A DNA stretch of 60,201 bases, counting the filler, from Sphacelaria rigidula (taxonomy: Eukaryota): assembly GCA_964200075.2 (NCBI GenBank). It is 9 parts of 9 records of this genome, joined end to end, with 100 filler letters (N's around TTAATTAATTAA, not from the genome) between each part and the next. Parts side by side here need not be neighbours in the genome. Positions count along the whole stretch, not along the records: positions 13,403 to 20,003 come from CAXNAA020019130.1; positions 20,104 to 26,703 come from CAXNAA020019131.1; 7 more parts are not named here. One strand, 5' to 3'. Positions 13,303-26,000 of this stretch are shown piece by piece. Both the position numbers and the translations under genes were made by a program. Under the pieces are notes generated by a model. It was not told the origin of the DNA. It worked only from the letters and a program-made list of their open reading frames with translations, and did no database searches. Position 1 is the stretch's first letter. Each line of letters opens with the position of its first letter.

Positions 13303-13857
13303 NNNNNNNNNNNNNNNNNNNNNNNNNNNNNNNNNNNNNNNNNNNNTTAATTAATTAANNNNNNNNNNNNNNNNNNNNNNNNNNNNNNNNNNNNNNNNNN
13401 NNCCATGGGTCCCAAGATATAGAGTTTTTCCCGCCAGGTGCCTTAAGCGTATCTTAATTGGTACATTTCCCTCTATAGCGAATTCAGTGCAAATTTCCGC
13501 CAGAATAAGGGGTTCGGCGGGTTGTGCCATCTCGGGAAGACTTGTTGCTGCACTCTCTTCGAGGGCTCCAGCGCACTATTTCGATCTTTAGTGTACCCAG
13601 TTTGACTTGAGGCCGGGTGAACGTTTTCTCAAGCAACCCCGAAATCATACTACCGTGTTTTTATGAGATTATTATCATTATCGCACATTGGCCTGGTGTC
13701 TCGAACCCGTGGTCACAGACGTGGGCTCTCGCTTTCCAGTGCCATCACCACTCTCCCTTGCATGAGATAGAAGCGCCCATTGAGCAGCTTCGTCTAAGAC
13801 TCCGAAAACAAAGTAAAATAGAAATTATTCAAAAAGAGACGGACGTCAAATGGAGAC

Positions 13858-14120
13858 CAGAGCAATGCTAAGGTAGGGATGCACTTTTTGCGCGAAGTCT
13901 TATCTAGTTCAGGGGCTCCTAACGATTCTAGATGCACAAGAATATGGGTCAGGACATCCCCGTCTGCAAATTCAGCCGGGATATACCCAGCACATCGGAA
14001 TAGTGGCCCTGGCGTACTCTCACATATTTTCATAAGTCGTGTTTTAGATGAGATCAAGGGCTCCTAACAATTCTAACTTCAAAAAATATTTGTGCACCCC
14101 TACCGGTGCATCACTCATCA
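13858..14120. repeat. Interspersed repeat (probable DNA-transposon subterminal region) shared with 53605-53677
   Basis: The reverse complement of 13860-13931 (tctagaatcgttaggagcccctgaac...aaaaagtgcatccctaccttagcattgctc) matches 53605-53677. Partial internal copies lie at ~14058-14115. Confidence 0.65.
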
Positions 14121-14289
14121 AGGGGGGGTCGAACAACATCCCCAGGTACTCACGGAGAGGAACATCGAAATTTTCAGGAAGACGGTAGACACACGAGCGA
14201 GTACACTACTTGATAAGCTACTCGTTATGTTCCGGCGATCTTCGATAGACACAAGGGGAATTCTAGTGGCACAACAAAAAGTTCATTTG

Positions 14290-15750
14290 CATGGCGCGCG
14301 TCGGTCCAATCCGCCATGCGCTTCTTAGCTCCTTCCCCTTCGACCTGGTACGACCCGGGACCATTTTGCGCAATTTGCGTCCGTCATGTCGCATCTATTC
14401 CGAAGGTGAAGCCGTACTCAGGGATACGGTGTTGCGAGCGTTTCGCAAATTGGCCTGCCTCCTTCTCCTCTCCGACCATTTCTCCATACATGACGATGTC
14501 AGGGAGGCGCTCGTCGTGCTTGCGCGCGACGTGGCCGGCGTACAGTAAGATTTGCCTCGACACGGGTGGCCTCGATGCAATCGCAGCTAGTTCTCTCGAG
14601 AACCTGGCGGTAGGCATCATAAGGTAGTGCGGGGCGCTGTGCGGTAAGATATGCTCGTTGCGGTACTTCAGCAGTAACCCGGGGTGGGCTTCGCGCAACA
14701 GGCTGACTGGATGGGGATGTTTGAATCACGCAGTCGTAGAGCATTATCTCAATCACTTCTGCCTTCAGGGAACGAGCATTTCCGCCCAGGGCAATGCACG
14801 CGTTGTCGTATATCGGTCTGCTGTAGTTGATGAAGCACTTCCAGGCCTGTCCAATGCCACGGTTGACGTTCGTAGTGACATCGCCTATGCTGTTGATGGT
14901 GAAGCCGAGATAGACGAAAAGACTCCACGCGCTCGCACCTTTGGCCTGCCGCCTCCACATCAATCACGTCCGCCTTCACTCCCGCATGTGTATGGTTACT
15001 GTCTTTTTTTCCACCACAACGAGACCAAACGCCGCACAGGCTTCGACGGTGGGCGTAATCATCTTTGTCAGGCTTGGTTGAGGTCACGACGCGATGCCAG
15101 CGTCGTCGGCGTGCGGCATGACCCAAAGCACCTCGCAAAGCAAGTCCGTGGTGTTCCCACCCTGATAGCAATGCGAATAAAGTCACCTACCGCAGCCTCA
15201 CCGATCGAGAAGCGGTCGAACGCCACCCTCACCAATACCGCGAATAAGATGCTGAACACGTGGGCAATCTCACAGCTTTGGCAGAGGCCCTGGTTAACGT
15301 CCAAACACTCTGAAGTTTCGCCGCTGTCACGGCGTCCGCACGCCCGCATGCCGTCGTGGAACTGGCTGATGACGGAAAACACCTTGACGGGAGCACCGTA
15401 TCGTGCAAGCACCTTTCACAGAAGAGCGTAGTCGACTGAATCGTACGCCTTCCGGAGGTCGATGAAACACATGTACAGTGGAAGATTCTTCTCTCTGGCC
15501 AGTTGTTGACGTCTGCGTACAACGTACGTCATGTCGACTGTCGACCGGCGGGGTCGAAAATCGCGTCGAGCTTCTGGGAGGATTCTCTTTCACTCTCAAT
15601 ATTCGCTGAGGCGAGTTGTAGCTATCTTGAGAACCACCTTGCCCTCGTGGGACCCTAGGGAGATGCCGCGGTAGTTGCCACATCTATGCGAGTCCTCATT
15701 CTTGAACAGCACCGTGATGAGAACTTGGTTCCATTTGTGAGCCAATCTGG
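14290..15750 (-). mobile_element. Degenerate RTE-like LINE, RT domain to C-terminus
   Basis: CGNYRGISLGSHEGKVVLKIA, FRPRRSTVDMTYVVRR, LYMCFIDLRKAYDSVD, ISQFHDGMRAC, QGLCQSC, FVYLG and RLPDIVMYGEM, with multiple stops and frameshifts. Confidence 0.88.
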
Positions 15751-15969
15751 GATACGGGGAGGGGGGCGTACTCATTTGTTGCTTGCCTTAGTCATTTGAC
15801 CATTGACCGATACGGGGAGGGGGGGGGGGGGGGTATTTTGGGTCATTTTCCCCGCGAAAACCCGCTTCAAATAACCGTCAAACCCAGAACAAGCTGTCGT
15901 TTGAAGGNNNNNNNNNNGGGGGAGGGGTGGTGTGTGGACCGGTGGTTGTTATGGGTGGTTAGCCGGTCT

Positions 15970-16003
<34 letters not shown>

Positions 16004-16239
16004 ATTTTGGGTCATTTTCCCCGCGAAAATCCGCTTCAAATCACCGTCAAACGCAGAACTAGCTGTCGTTCGAACGCGCTTAATGCGGATAAATAGCACT
16101 CACTCATTCCGCTTGACACCGGTTTCTCCCGAATACAAGCGTGCCGCGAGTGCGGTAGGTCGTCGGACACACCTATCAGTCCATTTTTTTCATGGAATCC
16201 CCCCCCCCGCCCCCCATCGTAGGATCACTTTCCTGTCGC

Positions 16240-16680
16240 ACTACTTCAAAACACCGCACTGTAAGCACGAAGTTGTGGCGAGGCACTTCATTGTAGCAGA
16301 GTCCTCGATGAGGCCGAGCATGAATAGCTCGTCACACAGGTATCAAGTCTCAACAGCCTGGCCGTTTGTCAGCTTGCTCGATGCTTCCTTCACTTTTTCC
16401 ATCGAGGGCTCGGCCGCGAGCGCTTCGTTCCCCGGCATCTGTTCGATGGCATCGATGGCAGAGCTGTCGAGCGTAGACGAGATTACGTGCAAAAGCTTCT
16501 CGAATTGCCCTTTCCACCTCTATACGACGTTGCTTGTTCCGTGACAGCTCGCGAGACCCGCTCCTGATGTAGGTTCAGTCACACCTCTTATTCCCTTCCA
16601 TTTCCAAGGACTTCATGTGCTGGTATACAACATTACCTGGTCCATCCTGCGGGGTAGCTCCGCTGTTGTCCTGGCGGTGA
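16240..16680 (-). mobile_element. RTE-like LINE fragment (EN-RT linker region)
   Basis: Nucleotide similarity to 11300-11710, e.g. gctcctgatgtaggtt and tccatttcca.g....ggactt..tgtg.t.gta.a. Confidence 0.6.
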
Positions 16681-17426
16681 GCTCAAAATAAAAAATAAAT
16701 GATTATATCACCTTGTTTCTCTGAAATCGTCGGTGTGTGTATTCAGATATTTCTAAGTGTTTCGTGGGCCGTTTGACGAATCGGTCATACTTGCAAAAGT
16801 CAAAGTGGGCGTCCGAAAAAAGTCGTGAATAGCGGCGATATCCTCTCGGGAAAAACGTATCGCAAGACTCTCCGAGGTGGCACAATCCGTGATGCCCCGT
16901 GCTACTACTGTACTCCAGCGAAAACTAGCGCTGAATCGCCAACATTTCTTATTCATACTTTTTTTTTCCCATTGAGGAGTTGTTTCCCATCGAACTGTCG
17001 TGCCACGATGTCGCGACCAATTTTTGCCGCACATCAACCACATACGGATACATTGAGCTCTTTTGCATCGAGTGTTTCTTCAGCGCCGAAAAGCGGTGTG
17101 CGCGTCCCAGCAGTACCAACTACCCAGACAATGAACGGCCAAAAATATGTGCAGGGGAAGACACCACCAAGCTCCATCTTCAAAAGGGAATTTATGCCAG
17201 ATGCCGTCGTGATGGGCAATAGCTAATATAGTTTATCTGTTTCCCATATTAAAGGCTTTCATTCAAGCTATAGATCGTTGTTGAACTCCTGGCATATCCC
17301 CATATTATCGGCACCAAATCACAGCTGTTTAGATTTTTTGCTGTTCGAAACGCAAAAAATGACCACACTTCACGTAATTTTATTCAATGCGTTGTAATTA
17401 ATTCAATGCAGAGGTTACCCTATGGG

Positions 17427-20003
17427 TGTGGATCCGCCTCCCTTGATCATTCTCATTCATCTACCTCCATCTCATCAGCACTCTCCCAAGTTACAGTAGA
17501 AATTGGGTGCTCTTCAATAAAAGATCTGAAACCATCACCCTGTGCCTGAGCCAAGGAATACACTAGTGATCAATCGATTGGGCAAGTATGGCTAGGAACG
17601 ATGGTAACGCTCCGTCTTCAGAAGAGAGGTCAGATGGGCTGACGAGTCAAATTGAAAGTATGATGAGTCTGTGCAGTGGTTAGTTTAGCACACTGACAGA
17701 GATGGTGAAATATGTACAATCTACACAGACTGTGACACAGGGTAGGGTAGATGGCATCGAAGGTCGAGAATCCGGAGGCGCGAGGTGGAGTGGCGTCGTC
17801 GAAAGCGAGGAAGATCAAGCAACACAACAACACTGGACTGACAGCGCAGCCAACCAAAGCTCTGACATAGCAGAGAGGGCGAGCGGGGAGCTCCGAGCGG
17901 GAGCGACCACAGGACAGCAAGCGACGGAGCAAGGGGTGCAGATCCCGCAAGTGAGTCCGTCGCAGTGTTCGGTCACGACCGACCAAGTGTCCATAATATT
18001 TCCGGGGTCCCGGTTTTCAAGGCAGCTGTACCTAATTTCTCTGGGAAGAGTTCGGAGTTTAACCACTACAGTCACGAACTAATCATGTTTGCTAGGAGCG
18101 AAGCAGTTGATTGGGTGTTCACTATGTCAGAAAATAGGGCATACGATGTGGAGGTGGGGAACAAGGCATTATCCTTGAGTTATCTTGAAACAAGGCACGG
18201 AAAGGGCACTGTAGCTGCAAACGTGAGAGCGAGGCAAATGTTGGTGGCAAGTCTCGAACATAAGCGGGACCGGGAGGTTTTGTTCCGAATTCCGTCTCCG
18301 GCAGCCGTGTGGCGTGAGTTGAATGATTTCTACAGCCCCAAGACCAACGGAGCTAGATTAGCTCTTCTAGAAAAGTATGATCACGTGAAGATTGGAGTTC
18401 GCGATGATCCTGTTCGAAAATTAATCGAGATGGAAGAGGTGGCGTGAGAGTTACAATCACACGACGTCAACATCGTCCTGGCGGAGGCGCAAACCCTCGT
18501 CAAATTTGTCAATGCGCTTCCTTGCGAGTATAACGACCAAAAGCAGGCGTTCGAGGAGCTATGTGATAAAGAGAAAATAAAACAAGAGGAAACAACTGCT
18601 GACTCCCCACAGTTCAACGGCGTAGCAGAGCGTGCAATTGGCATCATAGAGTTGGCCGGCCTTGCAGCCAAAATCCAGGCGTCGGAGATGTACCCGAACC
18701 AGAACATCCCAACTAGCAAGAACCTGTGAGCGGAACAGGCTAACTGGGCAGCCATGCTTTGGACTGTACTGCGACCTCCGCTAAGCCGGGAAACAAGACG
18801 CCACACGAAATGTGGCACGAAGTGCCACCGGAAAACAACCTTCTTCCTTTTCTAAAGCCAGGATTTTGTAGAGTTCAGAGAACAGACAAGTTACAACGAA
18901 AAGCTCAGAGGTGCTGGTACCTTAGCCCAGCCCCAGGATACCCGCGCGATGCTATGAGAGTGATGACGGAAACAAAACAAACTATTACGACCAGGCACGT
19001 AACATGGGCGTATGTCCCCCCTACTCCTCTCCCTGCCCCACAGCAAGCGATCCCGACGCCCGACGGAGCTAGGGGTGACAAGATCGAGGGAGGGACGGCC
19101 GGCAGCGAGTCCGCGGAACGGCAAACTCCGGCGGCGCGTACTTCACCCCGCGGCTCACGGCACGTGTCGTTCTTGCTCCCCAACTCAGAGCTGGACGCAG
19201 AAGCGGCACAAGAGACCCCCGCTATTGGCAGAGAGGATGAGATGACCTCGCCGCTTCATTGCGGAGGCGGGGGGGGGCGCGGGATTTTACGCTACTCTGT
19301 CTGACATCTCATTGATGACGGGGGATCAGCGCCCCCCACATCGCCGCCGACAGCAACATCGCCGCCACCAACGCCGACAGCAACATCGCCGCCACCAACG
19401 CCGACAGAAACAACGCCGCCGCCAACGCCGACAGCAACAACACCGACAACCGTAGACACCCCCGAGCGCAACGACCGGGGGGGCGGTGGGGCTCCCGAAA
19501 TCCCAAGGACGGAGCTACGCTGGGTTGCACTCGACGATGAATTGTCTCTGCCTCCACAAATGGCAGGTCGCACGCGCACTGCGACGAGAGCGGCAGCCGA
19601 CCAAAACGAGCTAGCATCGACGGCAGAGGACAAACTGGAGAGAATGGCGTGGGAAAGAAACGACATTTTCCTTCGCGCGCTGGCGAGGAATCAGGCGAGA
19701 GCTCAAGCGGAGACTGTGCTGTATGGAATGGCAGAGGATAAGTGCGAGATGACGGAGCTGATAACTGCAACAGCCGGATCAGAGGTGGGAGGCAGCGTGG
19801 CCATGCTGATCGAAGAGACCTTTGCGGAGCAGGAGTATTTTTGTTTTTCAGCCGAAAACGGGACGGAGGAGGAGCCCAGTTTTGGTTTGCGTTCCCCCAT
19901 CGGTCTGCACGTGAGAGATGTGGAAACTCCCCCCGTAACAGTAGAAGACATGGTAAAATCGGAATACAAGGAAATATGGTTGAGTGCCATGCGTGCAGAA
20001 CTG
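17427..20003 (+). mobile_element. Ty1/Copia LTR retrotransposon, internally deleted, truncated at contig end
   Basis: gag: VPNFSGKSSEF...SPAAVWRELNDFYSPKT...FVNALPCEY. Integrase: FEELCDKEKIKQEETTADSPQFNGVAERAI, PGNKTPHEMW, KAQRCWYLSPAPGYPRD. RT start: PVTVEDMVKSEYKEIWLSAMRAEL. Integrase precedes RT, the Copia order. A putative LTR starts TGTGGA at 17427 but its boundary is uncertain. Confidence 0.88.
19340..19452 (+). repeat. 27-bp minisatellite inside the Copia IN-RT linker
   Basis: About four copies of ccgacagcaacatcgccgccaccaacg. Confidence 0.85.
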
Positions 20004-20636
20004 NNNNNNNNNNNNNNNNNNNNNNNNNNNNNNNNNNNNNNNNNNNNTTAATTAATTAANNNNNNNNNNNNNNNNNNNNNNNNNNNNNNNNNNNNNNNNN
20101 NNNATGGGCCTGCAAACTTCAAATCCGCCTCTAGGCTGGCCCAGCTCGTACGGAGATAGGTGAACAGCACCTATTGAGAACGACCGCAAATATTGCGAAA
20201 CTATCGTGTATACCCAGGCTCATCTTCCGTTCTTTAACGAATCGATTCAAACACGAACGCGTAGCGTGCAGGATATGCAAGCTAACTAAAACCTGAACAT
20301 TATGAGTGTCATGATCAAGGATAAAAGAAAACTGCACTGTCGTCACAAGCCCTCCATTGAATGTCACACACATTCCGTTATCATTGCCAAGATGGCACGC
20401 ATATTTCTTTGCTCATGAGGAGGCTTATCGAAAAAAAAGAAAAATGAAAAGAGAACTACAGCCTGAGACAAAATAAATTGAAGCAGTTAAGAACGCATGA
20501 GTCTGACGAGGAGGGGAAGCACCGCACCCTACAACCATCAAATGCACATTTTACATGCATGAAAAACCGCGTGCAAACATATCGTACAGCACCGTAGCGG
20601 CACAACACAGTGCCGCACCGTCCCACACACACCCAC

Positions 20637-23600
20637 CTCATGAGGAACGGTGCCACGAAAGCCCGCACCGCACAGCAGTGGCGCCCGCATTTCCGGCTTC
20701 GGCACATGTCCCGTGGCAAGCAACTCGTCCACCACGGCACCCACGCGTTTCACCACTGTCACTGCACACCGGGGGTGCTCACCGTCCTCCAAAAACTCTC
20801 CCTCCATCTCGACAACAACATCGAACACTGGCTTTGCTGCCCTTCGCTCTTTCTGGGGCTCCTGTTCCCGCGGTTTGTACAAAAATACATCCATGGGTAT
20901 TCTTAGAAAGTTCCGAAAAAGACACATGAAAAAATAGAAAAGACAAGTACTCTACAGGCCAAGCAAAAAGAAAAAAAAAGTTCGATTTTACGTATTCGAC
21001 TGCTGTCCTCAAGACGGGCGTCCTATCATACGTGCATGGTGTTCATCTCGTGCATCCATCGCTTCTCTCGGAAAATCTCAGAGTGTTGGGGTCGTCAAAA
21101 ACGGATTTTGTTTTCAGAGGAAATCTTAAACGTTTTCGGATAGTTTCTATTTTTCTCTCCCAGGCAAGAGATGACGAATCCAAGACTGCCTCACGAAAAT
21201 GAGGTCCAACATCGCTGTGAGGTTGAACCTACTCTTCGATTTTCGCTATTTTCGAATAAATAGTTTGAACAACGTAAGCACTTTCGGCCAGTATATTTGT
21301 GTCGAAAGCTAAGCAGGTGTGGCTGGGGATGTGGAACAACATTGAGTGGAATGAAAATAATCATTTTCGAAAGCCTCAAACCGGCTGGGAAAAGGTGAGA
21401 GACGGTGCTTCCGTCGACTTCCCAAGGACGTGAAGAAAATACGATGCTACAGATGTTGAAACATCTCCGGAAATGTCGGATAGGAAATGGTATTTCAGAT
21501 AACGAAAGTGCACCTTGCGTGTTTCTGAATCGAAGTTTCATTGCTGGAAACATTTCATAGTAGGAAAAACAGGGGATTTCATCAATGGAAAATGTCTGCT
21601 TTTGCGAGGGCGTACTTTTCAGTTTGAGGACATTTGACGCGGGTTTTGGCCCCCAAGCAGGAAATATCGCCATCACACGTCACCCAGACACCGCGTATTT
21701 TCATGTCCAGCTCCGACGCGATTCTCAAATTGAAGCCAAGTGAATCGGGAAAGTGCGCTAGATTCTTCCCGGTGGGGTGGTGCATAGAGTCGAAGACGTT
21801 TAGTGGCGATATTCTCTGTTTGGGAGCCAAAAACCGCGCCAAAGGTTCCAAAAGTGGAAAATACGCCCCCCACAAAATACCAAAAGTAAGAAACGTTCTT
21901 ATTGATTGATTGATTGATTGATTGATTATCGCACATTCAATGATCCTCGAGGGCCCCGGTCTTGGTCATTATCCACAAGACAGACGCGCTCAAGGTAAAC
22001 GAAACGGAAGCACTCTTTGAAGATAAAAAAATAACGAAAAAAAAATGCAGCAAACAACAGGAGTACAACGAGAAACGAAAACCAAATCAAACAAGAAAGG
22101 AAAGGGAAGGAACGGAGAAAAACTAGAAAAAATAAATAAAATGATGAAGTTGAAATAATAGGAAATAAAATGAACAGCGAAATGAACTTGTCCTTATATG
22201 TAAGAGAGGAGGTGTGCAATCAAAGTTTCAATTTCACCCGAAGGTATCTCGTGCACATAATTGCAAGTGAATCGATCCCTTGCTTGGTCCTCTCAGAGAA
22301 TCTTGGGATAATATAAAAAAGGAAAAGGGGTCTTTTATAGCCTAAATTTGAAGTTCACGTGGATTGGACGAGTCCTGAAAGCATACCTTTTACCCAAGGG
22401 ATCGACTACTTTTCCCACACTACGTGAAAAAGTGGCCTACGGTACAACGAAATCGTTGCTTCGAGTACGATGTCGTCGTCCTGTGTACGTAGTGTTACCG
22501 AAATTGTCAATCAATCTTCCCAGCATATGAAGATTTTTTTTTTACAGATTATGACAAAATTGCTCATTCCATATACAGGTACCAAGACAGTCCCCGTAGC
22601 AGTAGCGCATAAAAATTAACAACGTTGGTCGCTCCAAACACACAACAACCACGATAGAAAGTAATCAATCGGTGGACGAACCTAAAGAAATAAATATGTT
22701 GTGTAGTGAATGACGTTCGTGCTTCGGGCAGAAAGCAACGAGTGAAAGAAGCGCCTTGCGATTGGTCTCCCAAGGAATAAAATGTCTCTTTTGATTGGTC
22801 AAAACCCTGAAACTTTGCCGTGGGCTAGTGCGTCTCATGAAAAACAAGATGTCTTAATTGCGGGTGCCGTACAGCGGTCAGAAGCGAAAAACCATATCCG
22901 CTTCTTGTCATTGCGAGATAAACTTTCAAACTGACTGATCACTTGAATCATAATTTCTTCTCTTGATTCGTGGAAACAGAAGCAGCGAAACACACACACA
23001 TACGCACATACATACACACGCACACAAACACCACCTCTGCTGGATCAAGAGGGGGAGCATGAATGAAGGACAAACCTGTTCTGATGAGCCAGAAGCGGAC
23101 CATGACACAAACGTCTGTATTTACGCGCTCCTGGAGTATGACACACAGATTGGAGTATTACACATCCAAAACCGGAGTCCAGACATACCCATACACACGC
23201 ACCTCGTCTGACTCGTCGGGGGTACTGTCCGGGTCGTTTTGGGCATCATCACTCGACTCACAAGCCTCCACACCACCCAGCGCAAAGCCCAAAGAGTCGC
23301 TGTCCAGCACGGAAGGAAGCTGCCCCACCGCGCCAACGACCAGTCGCACATCCCTGTGTGCCACCACCCCCGAAGCACACACACACACACACACACACAC
23401 AATACAAGAACGCAAAACAGAAAAATTGGCAGTCTGTGATTGGCCGTCAAATTCAAATTCATCGCTTGCCTTCTGGCTTCATGTCTTGCCGTATCGATAG
23501 TGTTGACTTCGCTCAGGCCCCATCTCATCGAGACAAAATAAATTGAGGATACGAATGGGTGTATGTGCGTATATGCGTTGTAATTGCATCTCTATTCTGG

Positions 23601-25958
23601 ACGCCAGTCTACGCCTTTCGGTATATATGAGCGCATCGCCGGGGTCACACAGGAGGGAGGCTAACACAAGCCTCTTGATTTTTTCTATTATTATCTGTGT
23701 TTCTTAGTACCCGATCATCCTTTGCGGTGTTTGCCTTTTTTTTCCATCACGAGAAGGTCTCAGCGGTCCCTTTCCCTAGTCAACCGTGAAGTCGAACTTT
23801 GTGTACCCACGATATAGTCACTCTCCACTGTTGTGGGGAATGATCTGAGAAAAAAAAAGAAGAGATCATGTGACGCCAACGAGAAACGGACCCACGTCCC
23901 AACCGACACAGATTTTCGAGGTTACCAACTGAGCCACCGCGGCGACCAGAATACACGCACGGTCCATACGAGCATGGTCGTGACCGTTCACGTTCTTCAT
24001 CCTTCTGATTGATTGAGGGGTGGCGCTTCATATGCCCAACACCTCTTCGTAGCATGCTAAAAAAAGGGGGGACCATTTTCGCATTGATTGTGATAATGTC
24101 GTGTTTTAACAAGACAAGAAAAGTGAGCATGCGTCATGAGAGTGGGAACGATTCTGGCGGTTTTGGTGATTTTTTTTTGTCGTTCCGATTGGTTAACCCT
24201 CTGTCCGCGAGGGTAGGTCACCTGCTGAATCGGCAGCAGTTTTCACTTGAAAAAAGTATGGGAGATCCAGATGGACTACCCTACCCGCACCGCGGTCTAA
24301 GGGTCAAGAGCTGATTGATGGGCAACTAACTGGAAGGGGAAAATGAGTAAAAAATCACGGAAAACGCCATAATTAGTTTCACTCTCACGGTGCGTGCTCA
24401 CCTTTTTGTGTCTCGTCAACCCTTAGACCGCGATGCGGGTAGTCCATCTGGTCCATGCCTACTTTTTTCAAGTAAACTTGATGCCGATTCAACAGATGAT
24501 GACCTACTCTTGCAATCTAAGCACGGAGGGACAACTCCCTGAGCATTTGAAGCGCAAGGTAAAATGGATGTCATGCGTGGGCTGTTCGGCTCAGCATGGG
24601 GCTTGGATGACACACCAGGGTTACACAGTTGTCTTTTGGGTATGCGACGCACTGGACTGTTGGCGTGTTGTCATGTCGTCTCACCTCCTCATGTCGAGAC
24701 AATTTTTTCCCTCCGATAGGAATGAAGTGCGCTTCTTTTGATTCCGAGGTTGTGAACGGTCAAAATCATGCTCAAAACCATTTTTTTTTGCCCTCTCCTC
24801 GAGGGAAAAACGACGGAGAAGGGCAAAAAATTCCACTTTTCAACAAGTTTTATTTTTCGATACATAATAAGAAGTAGCCCCAAGGCTGTGAACAGTCACA
24901 ACCATGCTCAAAATCATTTTGTTTTTGCAGGCCTCATCAGGATTCACCGCGGTTTGTTGCTCGCTGCGTGTCCGCCCTTCGAAATTGCAACGAGTGTTCC
25001 TGAGTATCAGTATTTGAGCATGATCCACGTGCGTACGCCAGTCCTCAAGTCCCGGTGATGAGGTCGAAATTACATCACTTTCTCCAGCAAATGAAAACGA
25101 TGAAACCGCTGGATCTACATCGTGCCGGCTGGCTTGTTCAGGAAGAAATTTGCGAAAAATAGATACCTTTGCTTGACGCGAAGGCATGCCTCCAGCTCGC
25201 TCTGCGTCGATATTTCGTCCACTACCAGCGTCTGTGGGCTGTGGTCCCGTAAAGCCTCCAGAATGACGCTGCATTTGCAGCAATAGCAGCGACAAGCGGC
25301 AGCAAACAGGCGTCCGGACATATTTTCCATCAAATGTATTTCGTCATTCATTGTCGTTTGTGTCATCGTCATCATTGCTCTCGGCATCATCCACACGTGC
25401 CACGGGCATCTTCTACACAGTCGGTTACATCTACATATTTGAGAGTGCACTGAGCCGAACGGTCCACACGTCGGACAGATCATGATCCGTCTGAAAATTA
25501 CTTCTTCTCAGTTTACTGATCCGGATCATGATCCAGATCACCTGCCCCCTCCCCTTTTCCATGCTTGCTCCTTGCCGCACCGGACGCTGGGCACGCCGAG
25601 TAGCGCAAAGGTTGCGCTTCGACTTCTCTGACGCCGCGGTCATATATTTTGTGTTTTTGGACCAGCGGGTTCGAGAGTCTTCTTCGATTCGTTGTTTCGG
25701 ACAGATCATGATCTATCCGACGTGTGGAATGTTCTATCCGGCACAAATCAACCGTGTTGCTTTTGCTGTCCAACGAATAGAAGGTTCTGATGTGCGTACG
25801 CATATGCCACCACCACCATCACTGCGGGCTGAATACCTGCGCTGGTCGTCTCGTGAACAAGTATCCACCATAAGCCTGCGGCTCTCTCCGATGGCCACGC
25901 TGTGCGGTATAGTAGAATCCCCTCCGATGTCATTCTTGGAGTCTACGATCACCACGCT
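20637..25958 (-). CDS. ycf45: Ycf45/SpoIIIAA-like P-loop ATPase, four internal exons (partial at both ends), divergent
   Basis: GT-AG exons ~25958-25837, 25268-25167, 23353-23203 and 20861-20637 join in phases 2, 2, 0. Protein: VVIVDSKNDIGGDSTIPHSVAIGESRRLMV...QRSVILEALRDHSPQTLVVDEISTQSELEACLRVKQRDVRLVVGAVG...ALGGVEA...ERRAAKPVFDVVVEM. This follows the Ycf45 pattern VVIVDTSNEIGGDGDIPHPAIG.ARR / VMIEAVENHMP...IDEIGT..E..A / ER...PTFD..IE. Confidence 0.85.
21606..21870. mobile_element. Foldback MITE-like element in a Ycf45-like intron, followed by an (ATTG)n microsatellite (21901-21927)
   Basis: 21638-21672 (cgcgggttttggcccccaagcaggaaatatcgcca) matches the reverse complement of 21804-21838 (cgcggtttttggctcccaaacagagaatatcgcca); similarity extends outward. 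Confidence 0.65.
23660..23948 (-). mobile_element. tRNA-derived SINE
   Basis: Minus-strand head GGTCGCCGCGGTGGCTCAGTTGGT (Pol III A-box) and body cagtggagag.gactat.tcgtgggtacacaaa.ttcgacttcac shared with 33504-33650. Confidence 0.75.
24197..24303. mobile_element. piggyBac-like MITE (107 bp); a second, inverted copy starts at 24420
   Basis: TTAA|CCCTCTGTCCGCG...CGCGGTCTAAGGG|TCAA. The region 24420-~24512 is the reverse complement of most of this element. Confidence 0.6.
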
Positions 25959-26000
25959 CTGACATGATGCGCGCGGGGGCGGGGCGGGGGGGGCGGGGGG

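Noticed and set aside
15817..16072. Tandem duplication of a ~75-bp segment after poly-G
   Set aside because: The copies flank a 10-N scaffold gap and poly-G runs, so a scaffolding artefact cannot be excluded.
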